A stretch of 64,000 nucleotides of DNA, taken from an uncultured Planctomycetaceae bacterium (GTDB lineage Bacteria; Planctomycetota; Planctomycetia; Planctomycetales; Planctomycetaceae). This document shows positions 18,662 to 32,299 of the stretch, in pieces; positions within the stretch are counted from its first letter, which is position 1, and every line of letters begins with the position of its first letter. The stretch lies in NCBI GenBank assembly GCA_963813715.1, contig CAWFAK010000009.1:512001-576000 (forward strand), given 5' to 3'. Below the pieces are notes generated by a model. The model made no database searches. It was not told where the DNA came from and worked only from the letters and a program-made list of their open reading frames with translations. A program made the translations under genes and the position numbers.

Positions 18662-19218
18662 CAGTCGACTTTCCCCAAAAAGGGCATTGACTCGGCTCGA
18701 CGGCTGGACCGGAAGGGGCAGGAACCGGGCGTCCCGTCGATGTTAAGGAAATCTAGCACGCAATTTTGGCCGCAAGGGCCGCCGGCCCATCGCGTTGGTT
18801 TTTTTCCCGTGCCGGCTCGGCGCAGCGGCACGCTCGTGCCAGCTACGGCAACCTGGACGGGCGCGCAACCAGTCCGTTTCTGACGGTCACAACGTTTTGG
18901 CCCCCGGCCCGCGGGCCCCTCGCACCGGGCCGGCGGCAGTCCCACACCGATCGCCCCCGCGATCACCCCCCCCAATCACTCAGTGCCTTCCAGCATGCAT
19001 CATCGCTACGCCCGGAGACGGATCGGACCATTGCTGCGGAGACAGTCCGGAACGTGTGTATTGAGGCTGTCGCGATCGTCTGTGCAGAGACTGTCCGGCC
19101 GGGTTGGCCGGGCACGGTTGAGCGGGCCAATTCGAGCGGGGTCCAACTCGTCTACCGGCAGTTTTCCGCCCGCGATATACTCCCCGCCCCTGCCTGCGGA
19201 CCGAGGAGACGAATTTCG

Positions 19219-20046
19219 ATGCGCACGATCGCCGTCATGAATCAGAAGGGGGGCGTCGGCAAGACGACCACCAGCGTGAACCTGGCGGCCGGGCTGGCAC
19301 GGGCGGGCCGTCGCGTCTGCCTGATCGACCTCGATCCGCAGGGGCACTCCTCGCTGCACTTGGGCGTGGAACCGGTCGGCGATATCCCCACCATCTACCA
19401 GGTCTTCGCCGGCGAGCAGACGATGGCGCAGGTGCGGCGAATGGTCGCGAGCAACTTGTGGGTCGTGCCGTCGAACATCGACCTGGCCGCGACCGAGATG
19501 GAGCTGGCCGACGTAGCGGGCCGCGAGCTGATCTTGCGGCAGACGCTCGACACGATGCTGGCGTCCGAACCCTACGACTATGTGCTCATCGATTGTCCGC
19601 CCTCGCTCGGCGTGCTGACCGTGAATGCACTCTGCGCCGTGCGCGAGATGTTCATTCCGCTGCAGCCGCACTTCTTCGCGCTGCAGGGTCTCTCGAAATT
19701 GCTGGAGACGACGGCGCTGATCACGCGGCGACTGAACCGCTCGTTACGCGTGACGGGCATCATTCTTTGTCTTTACGAAACGGGAACGCGGTTGGCCGCC
19801 GACATCACCGACGACCTGACGGCGTTTCTCGACAAGAGCGATGCCGACGCGCCGTGGGCGCAGGCCGCCATCTTTCGCAGCCGCGTGCGACGCAATATCA
19901 AGCTGGCCGAGGCGCCGAGCTTCGGGCAGTCGATCTTCGAGTACGCGCCGACTTGCGGCGGCGCGACCGACTACCTGGCGCTGGTCGACGAGATCATGCT
20001 CGCGGAAACGGAAAGCTCGCAGCCGCGCAACGTGCGGGCCGCCTGA
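19219..20046 (+). CDS. ParA/Soj family ATPase (no adjacent parB)
   Basis: Deviant Walker [41 protein letters not shown]. Confidence 0.93.
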   Translation: MRTIAVMNQKGGVGKTTTSVNLAAGLARAGRRVCLIDLDPQGHSSLHLGVEPVGDIPTIYQVFAGEQTMAQVRRMVASNLWVVPSNIDLAATEMELADVAGRELILRQTLDTMLASEPYDYVLIDCPPSLGVLTVNALCAVREMFIPLQPHFFALQGLSKLLETTALITRRLNRSLRVTGIILCLYETGTRLAADITDDLTAFLDKSDADAPWAQAAIFRSRVRRNIKLAEAPSFGQSIFEYAPTCGGATDYLALVDEIMLAETESSQPRNVRAA

Positions 20047-20491
20047 TCGCGTCCGCGATGTCGCCCGATTTTGGTCGACAAAATCCGGGTCGAGCGGCGA
20101 TCTTCCAGGCGGGGCCAGCGATTGTTTCCCCCTCTGAACGGGAACTTTGCGGCTTAGCCGGGCGTCTCAGCTGGGGGGAAACCTCATTTCCCGCGAGGTG
20201 CCGCACGCGGATTTCTCGTCGCATTTCTTCCCCAATTCCGCGAGACTGACTGGCAAACAGCGCCGGACCTGACGTAGATAAGGTCGGACGCCGCCTGGGC
20301 CGCGGCCTGCGGTCGGGCCGCGCGCCGGGTCGATCGCCGGATCGACGTGCAAGTTTTTGCCGCGAGCCGTTCGGCAACATCTTTACGCCGCCGCGTGCGG
20401 CATCAGAAAAAAAATCATGCCACCACCCACTGACTGCCGCCGTACGACTGTCGACCGATCTCCGGTGATCGACCGGTTTGTGTAGGGGCTT

Positions 20492-23400
20492 GTGATGAAC
20501 CACGCTGTGCGGAATTGTTCGTCGTCTGAGTTGTGCCGTCTCGAATTTGTCCGGCGCGGATTGCTGCTTGGGCTCGTGTGGGCGACGGCCGTTGTGCCCC
20601 TCGCCGTCCGGGCTGCCGACGAGCCTCCGGCGAAGCCGGCCCAGCCGACTCCGGCCGCGACATCCGCGACGTGGGAAAAGTTGATCTACGTCCCCTACCC
20701 GCGCTCAAGAGCGTGCTGCAGGATCCGAAAGCGGCCGCCATCGTGCCGCTGGATGAATATCTCCGCTGGCTGCAATCCAATCGCGGCCAGGCCACGCGCC
20801 TGCCGATCGCCGCCGTTCTCACCGAAGCGCACTACGACGCGAAGGTCGACAAAGACGTCGTCCGGATTCACGGCGTGCTCACGATCCAATCGCTGGAGAA
20901 GCATTGGTCGGGCGCGACCGTTGGCTTTGGCGAAGCGGCCATCGGCAAAATCACCTCCGAGAAAGATCGGGTGCTGGTGCGCGGCTTGGGCCGCGGCCTC
21001 TATGCACTGCTCGTGCCGGACGAAGGCACGTATCGCGTCGAGCTGGAGCTGACGACGGCCGTCCGTACGTCACCCGAGGGCCGCAGCTTCGACTTCGACT
21101 GCCCGACCGTCGGCATCTCGACCTTCGACCTCACCGTGGCGGAGCCCGACCAGGCGATCGAGCTTGTGCCGCGACCGGTGATCGAAGCGGCCGACTCGCC
21201 GCAGGGGCAAACGCGAATCAAAGCCAACCTGGCATCGACCCCGCACCTCGTGGCTCGCTGGCATCCGCGGACGAGCACGCGGCCCGACACAGAGCTGTTG
21301 ATGGCGGTCGACAACGTGCTCGCCGTCACGATTGGCGACGGCGTGATCCACAGCGACGCCACGCTGACCTACAAAGTCCTCAAGGGCGAAACGAACCGCC
21401 TGAAACTGGCGGTCCCCGTCGACGATCGCATCCTCGACGTGTCGTCTCCGCAGGGAGGCGTGCGTGCCTGGAAGGCGGCCAAGGAGGCCAATCGTCAGCT
21501 CGTCACGGTCGATCTGCTGTCAGCCGTTTCGAAAGAAGTCATTGTCGAAGTCCACACCGAGCGACCGCTGCCGGCCGACGGCTTCGACGTCGCGGGGATC
21601 GACGACCAGGGAAAGGTGCTGGGCATCCACGCGGTCGACGTGCTGCACGAAAGCGGTCGGCTGATCGTCGACCACCGCGAGGGCACCGACGTCTCCACCC
21701 TGTCGGAAAAAGGAGTCGTGCAGATCGAGGCAACCGACGTCCCGCAGGCCAACCGCGGGCCCAACGCCCTCTTCTACAAGTTTTACAGCACCGCCTTCCG
21801 CCTCCGCGTCGAGGCGCGAGCCGTCGAGCCGCAGATCGTTTGCACGCAGCGAGCCCAGTTCGTGCTGCGGGAGGACGAGCTGCGGATGAGCTCGCTCTTG
21901 AATTACGAAGTCACGCGGACGGGCATCTTCGAGCTGGACCTCAAGGTGCCGGACGGACTCTCGATCGATGCGGTCGAGTCGCCCGCGCTGCGGACCTATC
22001 GTGTCGACGCCGCCAGCCACAAGCTGATCGTCTCGCTCAACGAAAAGCAGCAGGGATCGATCGCACTCACGGTGACGGGTCATCGCGAAATGCCGGCGGC
22101 GGGCGACGTCGATCTACCCCTGTTGGAGCCGCTAGGGACCTTCCGCGAAACGGGCCTCATCGGGGCCTTCGCTCCGGAAGGCATCGAGCTGGTTGCGGAC
22201 GACAGCAAGCTGGCCGGCGCCCATCCCGAGCCGCCCGGCAGCCTGACGCCGCCGCCTGACACGCGTCCCGCGGGAAGCTGGTCGTATCGCCATCGTCCCG
22301 TGACGATTCACGTGCGGGCCGTCCGCAAGCCCACGCGACTCACCGCGCGGGTGGAAACCACGATCAACGCCCGCCAGGACTCCGCCACGCTGACGGCCCG
22401 CGTGATCTTCCAGGTCGAAAACGCGGCCATCGACACGTTCCGCATCGCCGTGCCGCAGGCGGCCGCTGACCGCGTGCAAATCCAGTCCGAGAACGGCGAA
22501 GCCGGCGTGAAGCAGCAGATCCGCGACGAAAAGGCGGCCGACGGCTTCGTCGGCTTCACGATCACGCTGCAGAAGAAGGTCACCGGCTCACAGCCGTTCC
22601 TGGTCAAATACGATCTCAAGCCGAACGCCGCGTCCGACGCCGCCGCCAAGACGGGAGAGCATGCCGGAGCCGCCAAGGCCGAGTTTGTCGCGCCGCTGCC
22701 GCAAGCACAGGGCCTGAAGAATGCCGACAACACCGATCGCGTGCCGCTCGCCCGCGTCGACGGCGAAGTCAGCGTGACGAAAGACGCGTCGCTCTCGGCC
22801 GCGGCCACCGCCACCGGCGGCGACGTCGAAGCCATCGACGTCCGCGAGCTGACGCATCTCGATCACAACGGCTACCTCGCCTTTCGCTACGAGCGACAGC
22901 CGGTCGAAGTGCGACTGTCGCTCGTGAAGTACGGCGTGCAGCCGGTGATGGAAACGGTCGTCTCGCGGGCCCTGTTCGAGGTCGTCATCGGCCGCGACGC
23001 CACGGCCCTTTATCGCTGCCGCTATCTCCTCAAGAGCAGCCAGCGGCAGCGGCTGGCCCTCGAGCTGCCGGCCGACGCGCAGCCGCTCGGCGTCTTTCTC
23101 GATGGCCGCACGCTGTCGCTGGAGACCGATCCGGCCGCTCCGCATTCCGACCAATGGAAGTCGTTCTTCGTCAACGTGCTGCGGCCCACGTCGTCCGACG
23201 AGCCAATGCATCTGGCCGTGCAGTTTCGCCGGCCGATCAGCCCGATGCCGTTCGAATCGCTGGCGGGGGGCACGCTGGCCCTCTATTTCCCGCGGCTGGG
23301 CGGATCGGACGAACACGTCGCCGTGCAGCAAACGCGGACTGCCATTTGGATCCCCAAAGACTTTTCCTTCGTGCAAACGCCGATCGGCTTCCTGCCCGAA

Positions 23401-23892
23401 TCGCAGACGCTGCAAGTGCTGGGACGCTTCGACCTGACGTCCATCGGACCCACGCCGTCTGACCTCGATACCTGGATCGGCGGCAGCCGCGGCGCGCTGT
23501 TCGAGTTTCCCCTCGAAGGCGACTCGCACGTTTACAACCGCGTGGGGCCGGCCGAATCGATCCAGCTGACCTGGGCTCGCATGCCGCTCGCCACGATCGT
23601 CGTCAGCCTGGCCATCGTCATCATGGGTTGGCTCCTGCGACGCTGCCGCTGGGAAACCCTGGCGACGCTGGTGTTGATCGCGGTGCTGGCTGCCGCGCTG
23701 GGCGCCCTGGTCGATCGCGAGCTGGTCTGGCACGCCATCCTGGCCGCGCGGTTCGGACTGATGGCACTCGCCGCGATCTGGATCATCGAGGCCTTCCGCC
23801 GCGCGTCGATACGACGCCCCGTCACAGCGACCGGCACACCGACGAGCACGCCACCAGCCGCCGCCCCGGCAGTGGGAGGTGGCAATGTCTAG
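20492..23892 (+). CDS. large exported, membrane-anchored hypothetical protein (~1130 aa; frameshift near 20700)
   Basis: Signal peptide (..PLAVRA-ADE) in the 20492 frame joins the 1119-aa ORF; beta-rich repeats; three C-terminal TM helices. Confidence 0.85.
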
Positions 23893-26800
23893 TAGCACTT
23901 CCTTCACGCAAGCAGTTCCGGGTGGCACTGGCGGCTTGTCCGCCAGTGTCCTCGAACGACGCTCGCTGAGACGACACCTGCGGAGAAGACACTGGCGGAC
24001 AAGCCGCCGGTGCCACTCACTTGCCCTGAAGGCATGCTTAGTCGTTGCGCTGGCCTGTTTCGCGATGCCGGCATTGGCCCAGAAATCCGATCCCACGCCT
24101 CCGAAGCGGCCGAGCGAAGTTTATGTTCCCAGTTCGGATTTGGATGCGATTCTCGGCATGGAAAAGCGGAGCGTGCTCCTGCCTCGCGCGCAGTTCGAAG
24201 AGCTGCTGAAGAAGGCCGAGCAAAACGCCCGCGAAACGCCCGACGTCCCCAACGGGATCACGGTCATCAGCGCCGATTACCAGGGACGGATCGTCGGCTC
24301 GCAGCTGCTCATCGCCGCAACCATCAAGTTGAACCAGGTGACCGAGGGCTGGCGTTTCCTGCGCTTGCCGCTGGCGGGGGTCGGACTTGAATCGGCGGCG
24401 CTCGATGGGAAGCCGGCTCTCTTGGGTGCCAAAGGGAGCGACCCGGTGCCGCATCTGTTCAGCGATCATCGCGGTCCGCACACTCTGCTCTTCGAGGCCG
24501 CCGTGCCGCTGACCGTCTCCGGGGGCGAACGGGAAGCGACTTTTCGCCTGGGCGACCTGCCCGTCGGCACGCTCAGCCTCGAGGTGCCCGCCAACCAGCG
24601 GCTGCTCGTGAGCGGCCGCGCGCTCGAGCGCCCGAGCCCGATCGACAAGCCGGCCACTTACTCCATCGCCGTCGGCGGCTCCGCTGAAATCCATTTGAAG
24701 CTGGTCGACCGCAGCCTCGAGCAGGCCACCGATCGACTCCTCTTTGGCACCACAATCTATCGCCTCAACGTGTCGCTCGGCGACGCCGCGTGGCAGGCCG
24801 TCACCACGCTCGACGCGCGGGGACGCCGGTGGGCAAGCTCGCCATCGGGAGCCCCGAAGGCTTGCGGATCACGACCGTCACCTCGACGGGGCTCGACTCG
24901 TGGAAGCTGGCGGCGGCCGCGCCGCAAAAACCGGCCACGCTCGAACTGGCGTTTCGTCAGCCGTTCACCGGCAAGCGGACGATCCAGTTTCGCGGCGTGT
25001 TGCGGCCGGGAGCCGACCGTCGCTGGCGCGTCGAATCGCTCAAGATCGACGGCGCAACCGCCCACCTGGGACACATCGAGATCGCCTCGCCGCACGACTT
25101 GCGGCTGCGGATCGACTCGACGACCAATCTGCGGCCCCGGTCGCAGCCCGTTACGACTGCCGACACGACGGCCCCTCTCGACGTGACGCCCTCCTGCGCC
25201 GCAGGCGAACGCCGCTGGTGAGTCCATGGCGCCCGCAGCACCGAACGCGCGCTGCGCCCCACAGCGACCTACACCCGCGCCTCCGCTAGCGTCTCTGAGT
25301 TACGACGCCTGGAACGAGCAGTTTGCGATCGCCTTCGGCGTCGAGGCCAAGGAACGCGAGGTGCTCGCCAACCTGCTGACGTCTCTCGAAATCTCCCCCG
25401 AGGGACCGCAGCTGCAACTGGCCGCATCGCTGCAGAGCTTGAATCGGCCGCCGTTCGACATCGAAATCACGCTGCCCGCCGAATGGACGCCGACGAACGT
25501 GCTGGTCAACCGCCAGCCGGTCGAATGGCGTGACCTGTCGGCCGAGGCGGGCACGCAGCACTTGCTCATCACGCTGCCCCGGCCCGCGGCGCCCGGTCAG
25601 TCGATCACGCTTGCGCTCAACGCGCAGAAATCGGTGTCGAATTGGCCGATCGACGAAACGGGGATCGAGCTGCCGCTGCCGGAAGTACGAATTCTCAAGA
25701 CGGCGGCCGTCGCCGGCACCTATCTCATTCGGGCCGGCGACGATTTCGAGCTGACTCCGTCGGACATCAAGGGCCTCGATCCGGCCCACCTCAATCTGCC
25801 GCGGGAGCGGATCGGCTTTCGCTATCAAGACACCCGCTTCTCCGGGAAGCTGAAGATCGCCCGGCGGCCGGCGCGGCTGTCGGCCGACACGCTGCTCGTC
25901 GTGCGGCTCGACCGCGCGGCCTTGCGGACCGGCGTACGCACCACGATCGAGGCCCGCGGCGGCGGCTTCCGCCGGCTCGACGTCTTCCTGCCCGAATCGG
26001 CCGGCAAGGACATCCGCTTTCACACCGACGCGGGCGAGGTGGCACTCGCCGACCAGTCGGTCTCGGAGCCGGTCCGCGGCGAGCGGCATTGGATGCTGAC
26101 CTTCGAGCGCTATGTGCAAGGGACCGTGCATCTGTCCGCGCTGATCGAAACGCCTCGCGGCAACGCGGCCGAGTTTCGCGTGCCCGAGCCGCGCCTGGCC
26201 GGCGTCGCCCGGCACAGCGGCATCGTCGTCGTGCGGGCCGCGCCCGATCAGCAACTGCACGTGACGGCCACCGGCGCCGACAACCAACCCCTGACCGAGG
26301 TCGACCAGGCCGACCTACCGACTCAGTCAGGCGACACTGACGACCGCACCGTGGCCGCCTACCGGTTCGTCCAGCCCGACAACCGCGTGACGCTGACCGA
26401 ATCTCGCTACGCCCCGGTCGGCGTCGCGCGGGCCGTCTGCACGAAGTGCGAAATCCAAACAATCGTCCCCGTGTCGGGCGAATGCCAGCACACCGCACGC
26501 TTGCAGTTCTTGGCGACGGGCGTGCAAAGCCTCCGTCTGACCCTGCCGAAAGGGGCCGACCTGTGGGCCACGCTGATCGACGGCGAACCGGTCGAAGTGC
26601 GGCGCGGCCAATCCGGCTACGAGTTGCCGCTGAAACCCGCGTCCGATCCCGAAGCGTCTCGCGAGCTCACGTTGTTTTACGCGACGAAGGCCCCCGCCGC
26701 CGACGCGACGACTGCGGACGCAGCCGGCGCCGGCGAAACGAGCAACCGCGAGCGAATGCTCGGGGACGTCGTTTCCGGCGGGCAGTCCAGACGCCGTCGC

Positions 26801-29800
26801 CACGCGCCGCTTCCAACAGGCGCCGCCAGTCGTCTCCGTCGTGGGCAACTCGGGTGCGGCGGAACGGATGGAAATGTTGCACCAGAGCTGGACGCTGCAC
26901 TACTCGCCCGACCTGGCCGTGCGGCAAAGCTGGGCGCCTTCAGCCCCGATTGGTGGCTGGCGGATCGCGGCGTGCTGGGCCAACTGGTGCAGGATCTGGG
27001 CGACATCACGGCGGTCGACGCCGGCTGGAAGCTGCTCGAATTTCTGGGCGTCGTAGTGCTGATCTGGCTCTGCGTGCGGGGTTATGAGCGGTGGGGAGCC
27101 GGCGGCATCATTTCGGCCTGCGTCGTCGTCGCCATCATCGCCTGCGTCTGGCTGTCGACGATGGCTGCCTCAAGTCGCGAAAACCAAAGCGCGGCAAAGC
27201 TCGAATCGTCGGCGAAATCCGCGGCAGATACCACCGCCTTCGCGCACGCCTATCAGTGGAATCGAGCGGTCGAGCCTGAGAAGAAGTCTTTGCCCTTCCC
27301 ACTCAATCTGAAGGCGAGATCGGGCAAAGCGATGAGAGGCGACTTAGGCGGCGGAATGGGCGGCGGATTCGCGAAGCAGCCGAGCGATCGACTAGAAGTG
27401 AAGTCGGATGAGTCCGCCAACAACCCCTTTGACGGCCCGGCCGCGGCGCCGCCGCCCCAAGCTCCAGCAGCCGGGGAAGCTCCGCCCCGGCAACAGGCGG
27501 CACCTGCGCCGGCGCCCCCCAAAGTCGCACAGCCGGGCGCCCGGTTGTCGGTCGCCATTGCTTTCGATCCGCCCGCGGATTCGCATCATCGCACGTTCGA
27601 GTACCTCGGCCGCGATGCGGTTGCCGCCGGCGCGCCCCTGCTCGACGTCGAGTTCGAGAGCGTTGCCGCGCGACGCGTTTTTTCCAGTGCGCTGGCGGTG
27701 CTCGTCACGCTCGTCTTCTGGTTGCTGCGGCGGCGGACGTGGGCCGTTAAAGGAACGCTCGCCGCGTTCGGCCTGCTCGTGCCGATCGCGCTGGCGGCCG
27801 TCGTGCCGATCAGCGTCGAGGTTTGGCTGGACGGAATTTTTCTCGGCGCGGCGTGCGGCACGATCGCCTGGCTGATTTACCAGATGCCGAACCTGGGCCG
27901 CGGCAGGAGCGGTCGCGCGGACGCCGCCTCGAAGAACGCAGCGGCACGTCCGCTCGGCGCGGCGGGCACGGCCGTGTTGCTCGCGGCGGCAATCGTCGGC
28001 GTGGCGACGGCGGCTCGCGGCGACGACCAGACGCCGGAAGCGAAAACCACTCCCCCGATCGTCGTCCCGCGACCGCAGCCGCCGACTGGCGGCACGGCAA
28101 TCGTGCCGTACGATTCCGAGCACGACCCGCTGGCCGCCGAGCGCGTGCTGCTCGAACAGCGGGCGTTTCTGGAACTGTGGAACCGGGCGCATCCCGAGCA
28201 GTCGCTGGGCACGCATCCCGCCGCCGAAGCCTTCGTGACCGAGGCCCTGTACACGGCCCGCGTTGTCGAGGCGCGCGACGCCAAGGAAACTACGACGGCC
28301 GATCGCGGCCGCGTGAGCGTCTCCGGTCATATCGTGCTCTTCTCGCGCAGCGATCGGCCACTGCGCGTGGCGCTGCCCTTTCAACAGGCGGCGCTGCAAA
28401 GCGCAAAACTCGACGGCCAGCCGGCCCTGCTCGTGCCGCATCCGCAACCGCTCGGGCAGAAGGCGCCGACGCAGCAATACGACGCCGTGCTCAAGACGGC
28501 CGGCGCGCATGTTCTGGACGTCGAACTGGAACTGGCGGCCCGCGTCGCCGGCCCGAGCGGCGAATTCACGATCGGCCTGCTGCCGGTGGCGAGCGGCCGT
28601 CTCTCGTTCGAGCTGCCCGCCGGTGCCACGAGCGTGCGGATTAATGGCAACGACGCCGGCTATCGTCGGCGGCCGGACGGCGGCAAGACGTGGATCGACG
28701 TCCCCATCGCCACGGCCGGCCAACTGTCGATCGCCTGGCAGCCGGCACAGGAAGCCGGCTCGGTCGCCCGCTCGATCGAATCGTCGGCCCGCACGCTGGC
28801 CGTGCTCGACGATGCCGGCTTGCGAACGGTGAGCCAGTTCTCGCTGCAAGTTCGACAAGGCGGCGTCTCCGAGCTGTCGTTCACGCTGCCGGCTGGCGCC
28901 AAGCTGCAAACTGTCCGTGGCAGCGACGTCGTCGGCTGGAAGATCGAAGGGAACGATCCGTCCCGCAAGCTGACGGTTTCACTGCGTCGCAGCGTCACCG
29001 GAGAAACGGGACTCGAGCTCGATCTGTTTCAGGCGCTCTCGGTCAACCAATCGTCCGTGCCCGTGTCCGTCGGGCTGCCGGCGCCGCTCGGCGTCGTGCG
29101 AGAGACGGGGATCATCGCCCTCTGGGCCGGTTCGCAGTTCGACGTCCGCGGTCCCAATTTGCCCGGCGGAACTCGGGTCGACGCGCGCGAGTTCCCGCTG
29201 GCCACGTTCGACCAGGTCGGCACGTCGGCCACCAATGAGCGCGGGATGTTCGAAGCGGCCTTCCGTTACAATTCGCGGCCCGCGGCGTTTGCGTTTACGC
29301 TCGCGCGGCGCGGTTCGCAGACCGACGTGTCGGCGCTCTACGCCGTGCTGGTGGGACGCCGCAAGCAGACGCTGACGACCCGCTTCCACATTCAGCCGAC
29401 GGGCACCGCGCTGACGCAGGCACAATTCCGGCTGCCGGCCGGGTTCCTGACGCTGTCGGTCGAAGGGTCGCCGTTCATTTCCGATTGGTACGTGAGCGGC
29501 GTCGCCGGGGCGAAAAACCTCGTCGTCGAGTTCGCGTCGCCCCAGTCGTCGCCGTTCGACCTGGCGATCAGCGGCACGGTGGCCAAGAACCCGGACGACG
29601 CCAAGACCACGCTCGACGTGCCGACGCTCGCCGGAGCCCGCCGCGCCGAGAGCCGACTGGCCGTGTGGCTCGACGGCTCGTACCAGGCGACGATCGGCGA
29701 AGCGGCCGATTGGAAGTCGATCGGCCCGAACGAAATCCCGGCCGACATGAAGTCGCTGCTGCACACGCCGCCGCAGTTCGCATTCGAGAGTCGGCGGCCG

Positions 29801-32000
29801 GAGCCGGCGGCCGTTTCGCTCGACCTGGCGCACGCCGTCGCCCGCCTCTCGGGCGATAGCGCCACGATCGTCACCGTCACCAACGCGGCCGTGTTCTACA
29901 CGGTGGCGTTGCATTGGAACATCACGCAGGCCACCGCCGACACCTTCGTGCTGACGATGCCCGACTGGCTCGCCTCGCGGCTCGATCTGACCGATCCCCA
30001 CGCCGAGAGCGCGGCCAACCCGCGGCGGCGCGAGACTGTGTCGACGACGCTCCCCAATGGGCGCGTGCGCTGGGCCGTCGAGCTGCAAGAGCCGGTGGCC
30101 GACCAGCTCTTTCTGACGGCGACGGCCGTCCTGCCGCTCCCCAAGGACGGCAAGATTGTCGCGCCGACGATCGGATTCGAGAGTGAAGAGTCGTCCGGAG
30201 CCGAACGCCGCTTCGACCCCCTGGCGACGCAGCGGCATTTTGTCGTGCTGGTGAACCAGTCGGCGGCGCAGCTGTCCGAGGCGGCCGGCAACCCGATCGA
30301 AACCGTCGAGCGAAGTAGCTTGCCGATCCAGCTCGATGCGCAGTTGCTCCGCGAGGCGATGCTCGTCGGACGGCTCACGCGCAGCGACGTCGCGGCGACC
30401 TGGCGGCTCGATCGGCCCGCCGTGCGTCGCGGCCCCGCGGCCTTCGTGAATCTTGCCGACCTGATCACGGTGCTCGAGCACGGCGGCAGCTGGCGGACGC
30501 AGGCCACCTATCGGGTCAAAAACGTGTCGCGGCAATTCCTGCCCGTCGAGATCCCCGAGCAATCGGAAATTCTGTCGGTGGTGGTGAAGGACAAGCCGGC
30601 CCGGCCCGTCCGCGCCACCATCGGCGGCAAGGCGCTCAACCTGATCCCGCTGCCGGAAGCCAGCGAAGGCGACCTGTCGTTCGACGTCAAACTGATCGTC
30701 GCCGGCAAGCTGCCGGGCGGCTCGCTGCCGCAAGGCCTGCAGTTGGCGGAGCAGCAGGTGGCGCTGGTCGCGCCGCAGGTGGTTTCCGGGGAAGGCGACG
30801 CCGACTTTGGCATCCCGGTCGCCCGCACGCGCTGGACCGTGTGGCTGCCCGACGACGAGCGAGTCCGCGTGCTCACCTCGGCGCAAGACACGAATCTCGA
30901 ACGGGCCGACGAATCTTCGGCCACGCAGCTCGAGCGTTCGGCACTCGTGGACGAAGCCAAGCAACTGCTCTCCGTGATCGAATCGAACCCGACGGGCAAC
31001 AGCACCGACCTGGCAGTCGGCAACTTGTCGAAAATCAATTCGCGGCTCAACAGTGAAAGCCAGGGCTGGGGGGGAAACCGGGCTGGGGGGGAAACGCCGG
31101 ATTTGTCGCACAGGACGAATGGCAGCGCGAGCAGTCCGTCAAGCAGCAGATCGAAGCGGTCGAGAAGCAGCAAAGTGATTCAAAATCGAAGCCGGCTTCC
31201 AAGGAGTCGGCCGACAAAACGCTGACGCCGGAAAGTCAGGCAGCCCAGGCCCGCGACCTGTTCAGAATGAACGAGGCCCCTGGCGAACAAGGACAAAAGG
31301 GAGGGGGAGAGTCCGTGGCGGTGCCGGAATTCCGCTTCCCGACTGGAGTTGCAAAACGATCGACAAGTCTCCTCGTCGCGCCCGACCGCAAGAGTTGCGG
31401 CAAGGGAAGGACAAGGAGCTCGCGTACGACCTGGTCGACGACGCTACCGTGAATTCCAAAAAGGACGAGAAACAGTCGGCGCCTCAATCGGGGCTCGGCC
31501 AGTTCGGGGCGCCGATCTTTTCCTCGACTCCCGGCACGCCGCACAATGTGGCCGGTAACGCCGATTTCGGCTTCCCGATTGTTCAAGGCCCCTCGCCGCA
31601 GCTAGGTCCGTCCGGTAATGGCGACCTCTCGCGGCCGCATTCGGCAGGCACGCTGTCGCTGGCGTTCGACATCCCGCAAGAGGGCCAGATGCTGGTCTTC
31701 ACCAAGGCGGGCGGCGATCCCAAGCTGGCGTTCGAGCTGCGGCCGCAAAAGTCGTACGATTTGCTGTTCGGCGCACTTTGGACCTTGCCCTGGTTGTTCC
31801 TGTTGCTGCTGGTGCTCTTGCTGGCGACTCGCTCGTCCGCACCGGCGGCCCGGCGACAACTTCCTTATGCACTCGTCGCGCTGGGGCTCGTGCTGTTCGT
31901 GCTGCTGCCGCTGCCGTTGGGGCTGTTCGGGCTGCTCTTCGTCGTCGTCGGGACAATCTGGGTGCTGAGCGCGTGGCAGCGCCCAACTGTTGGCGGCTGA
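23885..32000 (+). CDS. giant multi-domain membrane protein (~2700 aa; several frameshifts), paralogous to the upstream gene
   Basis: Start overlaps upstream stop; ORF pieces 23879-24830, 24790-25221, 25226-31225, 31395-32000; internal and C-terminal TM clusters. Confidence 0.75.
23920..24016. repeat. REP doublet (family 1) inside the 5' coding region of the giant gene
   Basis: GGGTGGCACTGGCGGCTTGTCCGCCAGTGTC (23920-23950) and inverted GACACTGGCGGACAAGCCGCCGGTGCCAC (23988-24016). Confidence 0.9.
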
Positions 32001-32299
32001 GACGGCGGCGCGAGCCGGAAAAATCTCGCGAACCGCACGCATCACCCGGCCGTCCTAATTTGGCGTGAGAGCGTCCAGTTTTTTGCCCACACAGGAGCGC
32101 GCTTGCGCCCGTTTGTGGAAACTTGACCGGTGTTGGAGCCACTGATATCGTTGGCAGGTCGCTGATCCGCGTCGGGTTGATTCGAGCCCGGTCGATCCTG
32201 AGCCCATTTGATCGGGGTCGGGGCGTGGGATGTGCTTCTGCAGAGCCGCTGGGAGAACATCCGCGTGGCCCGCCCGGCACGTTCCCCTTGAGGCGTCCC

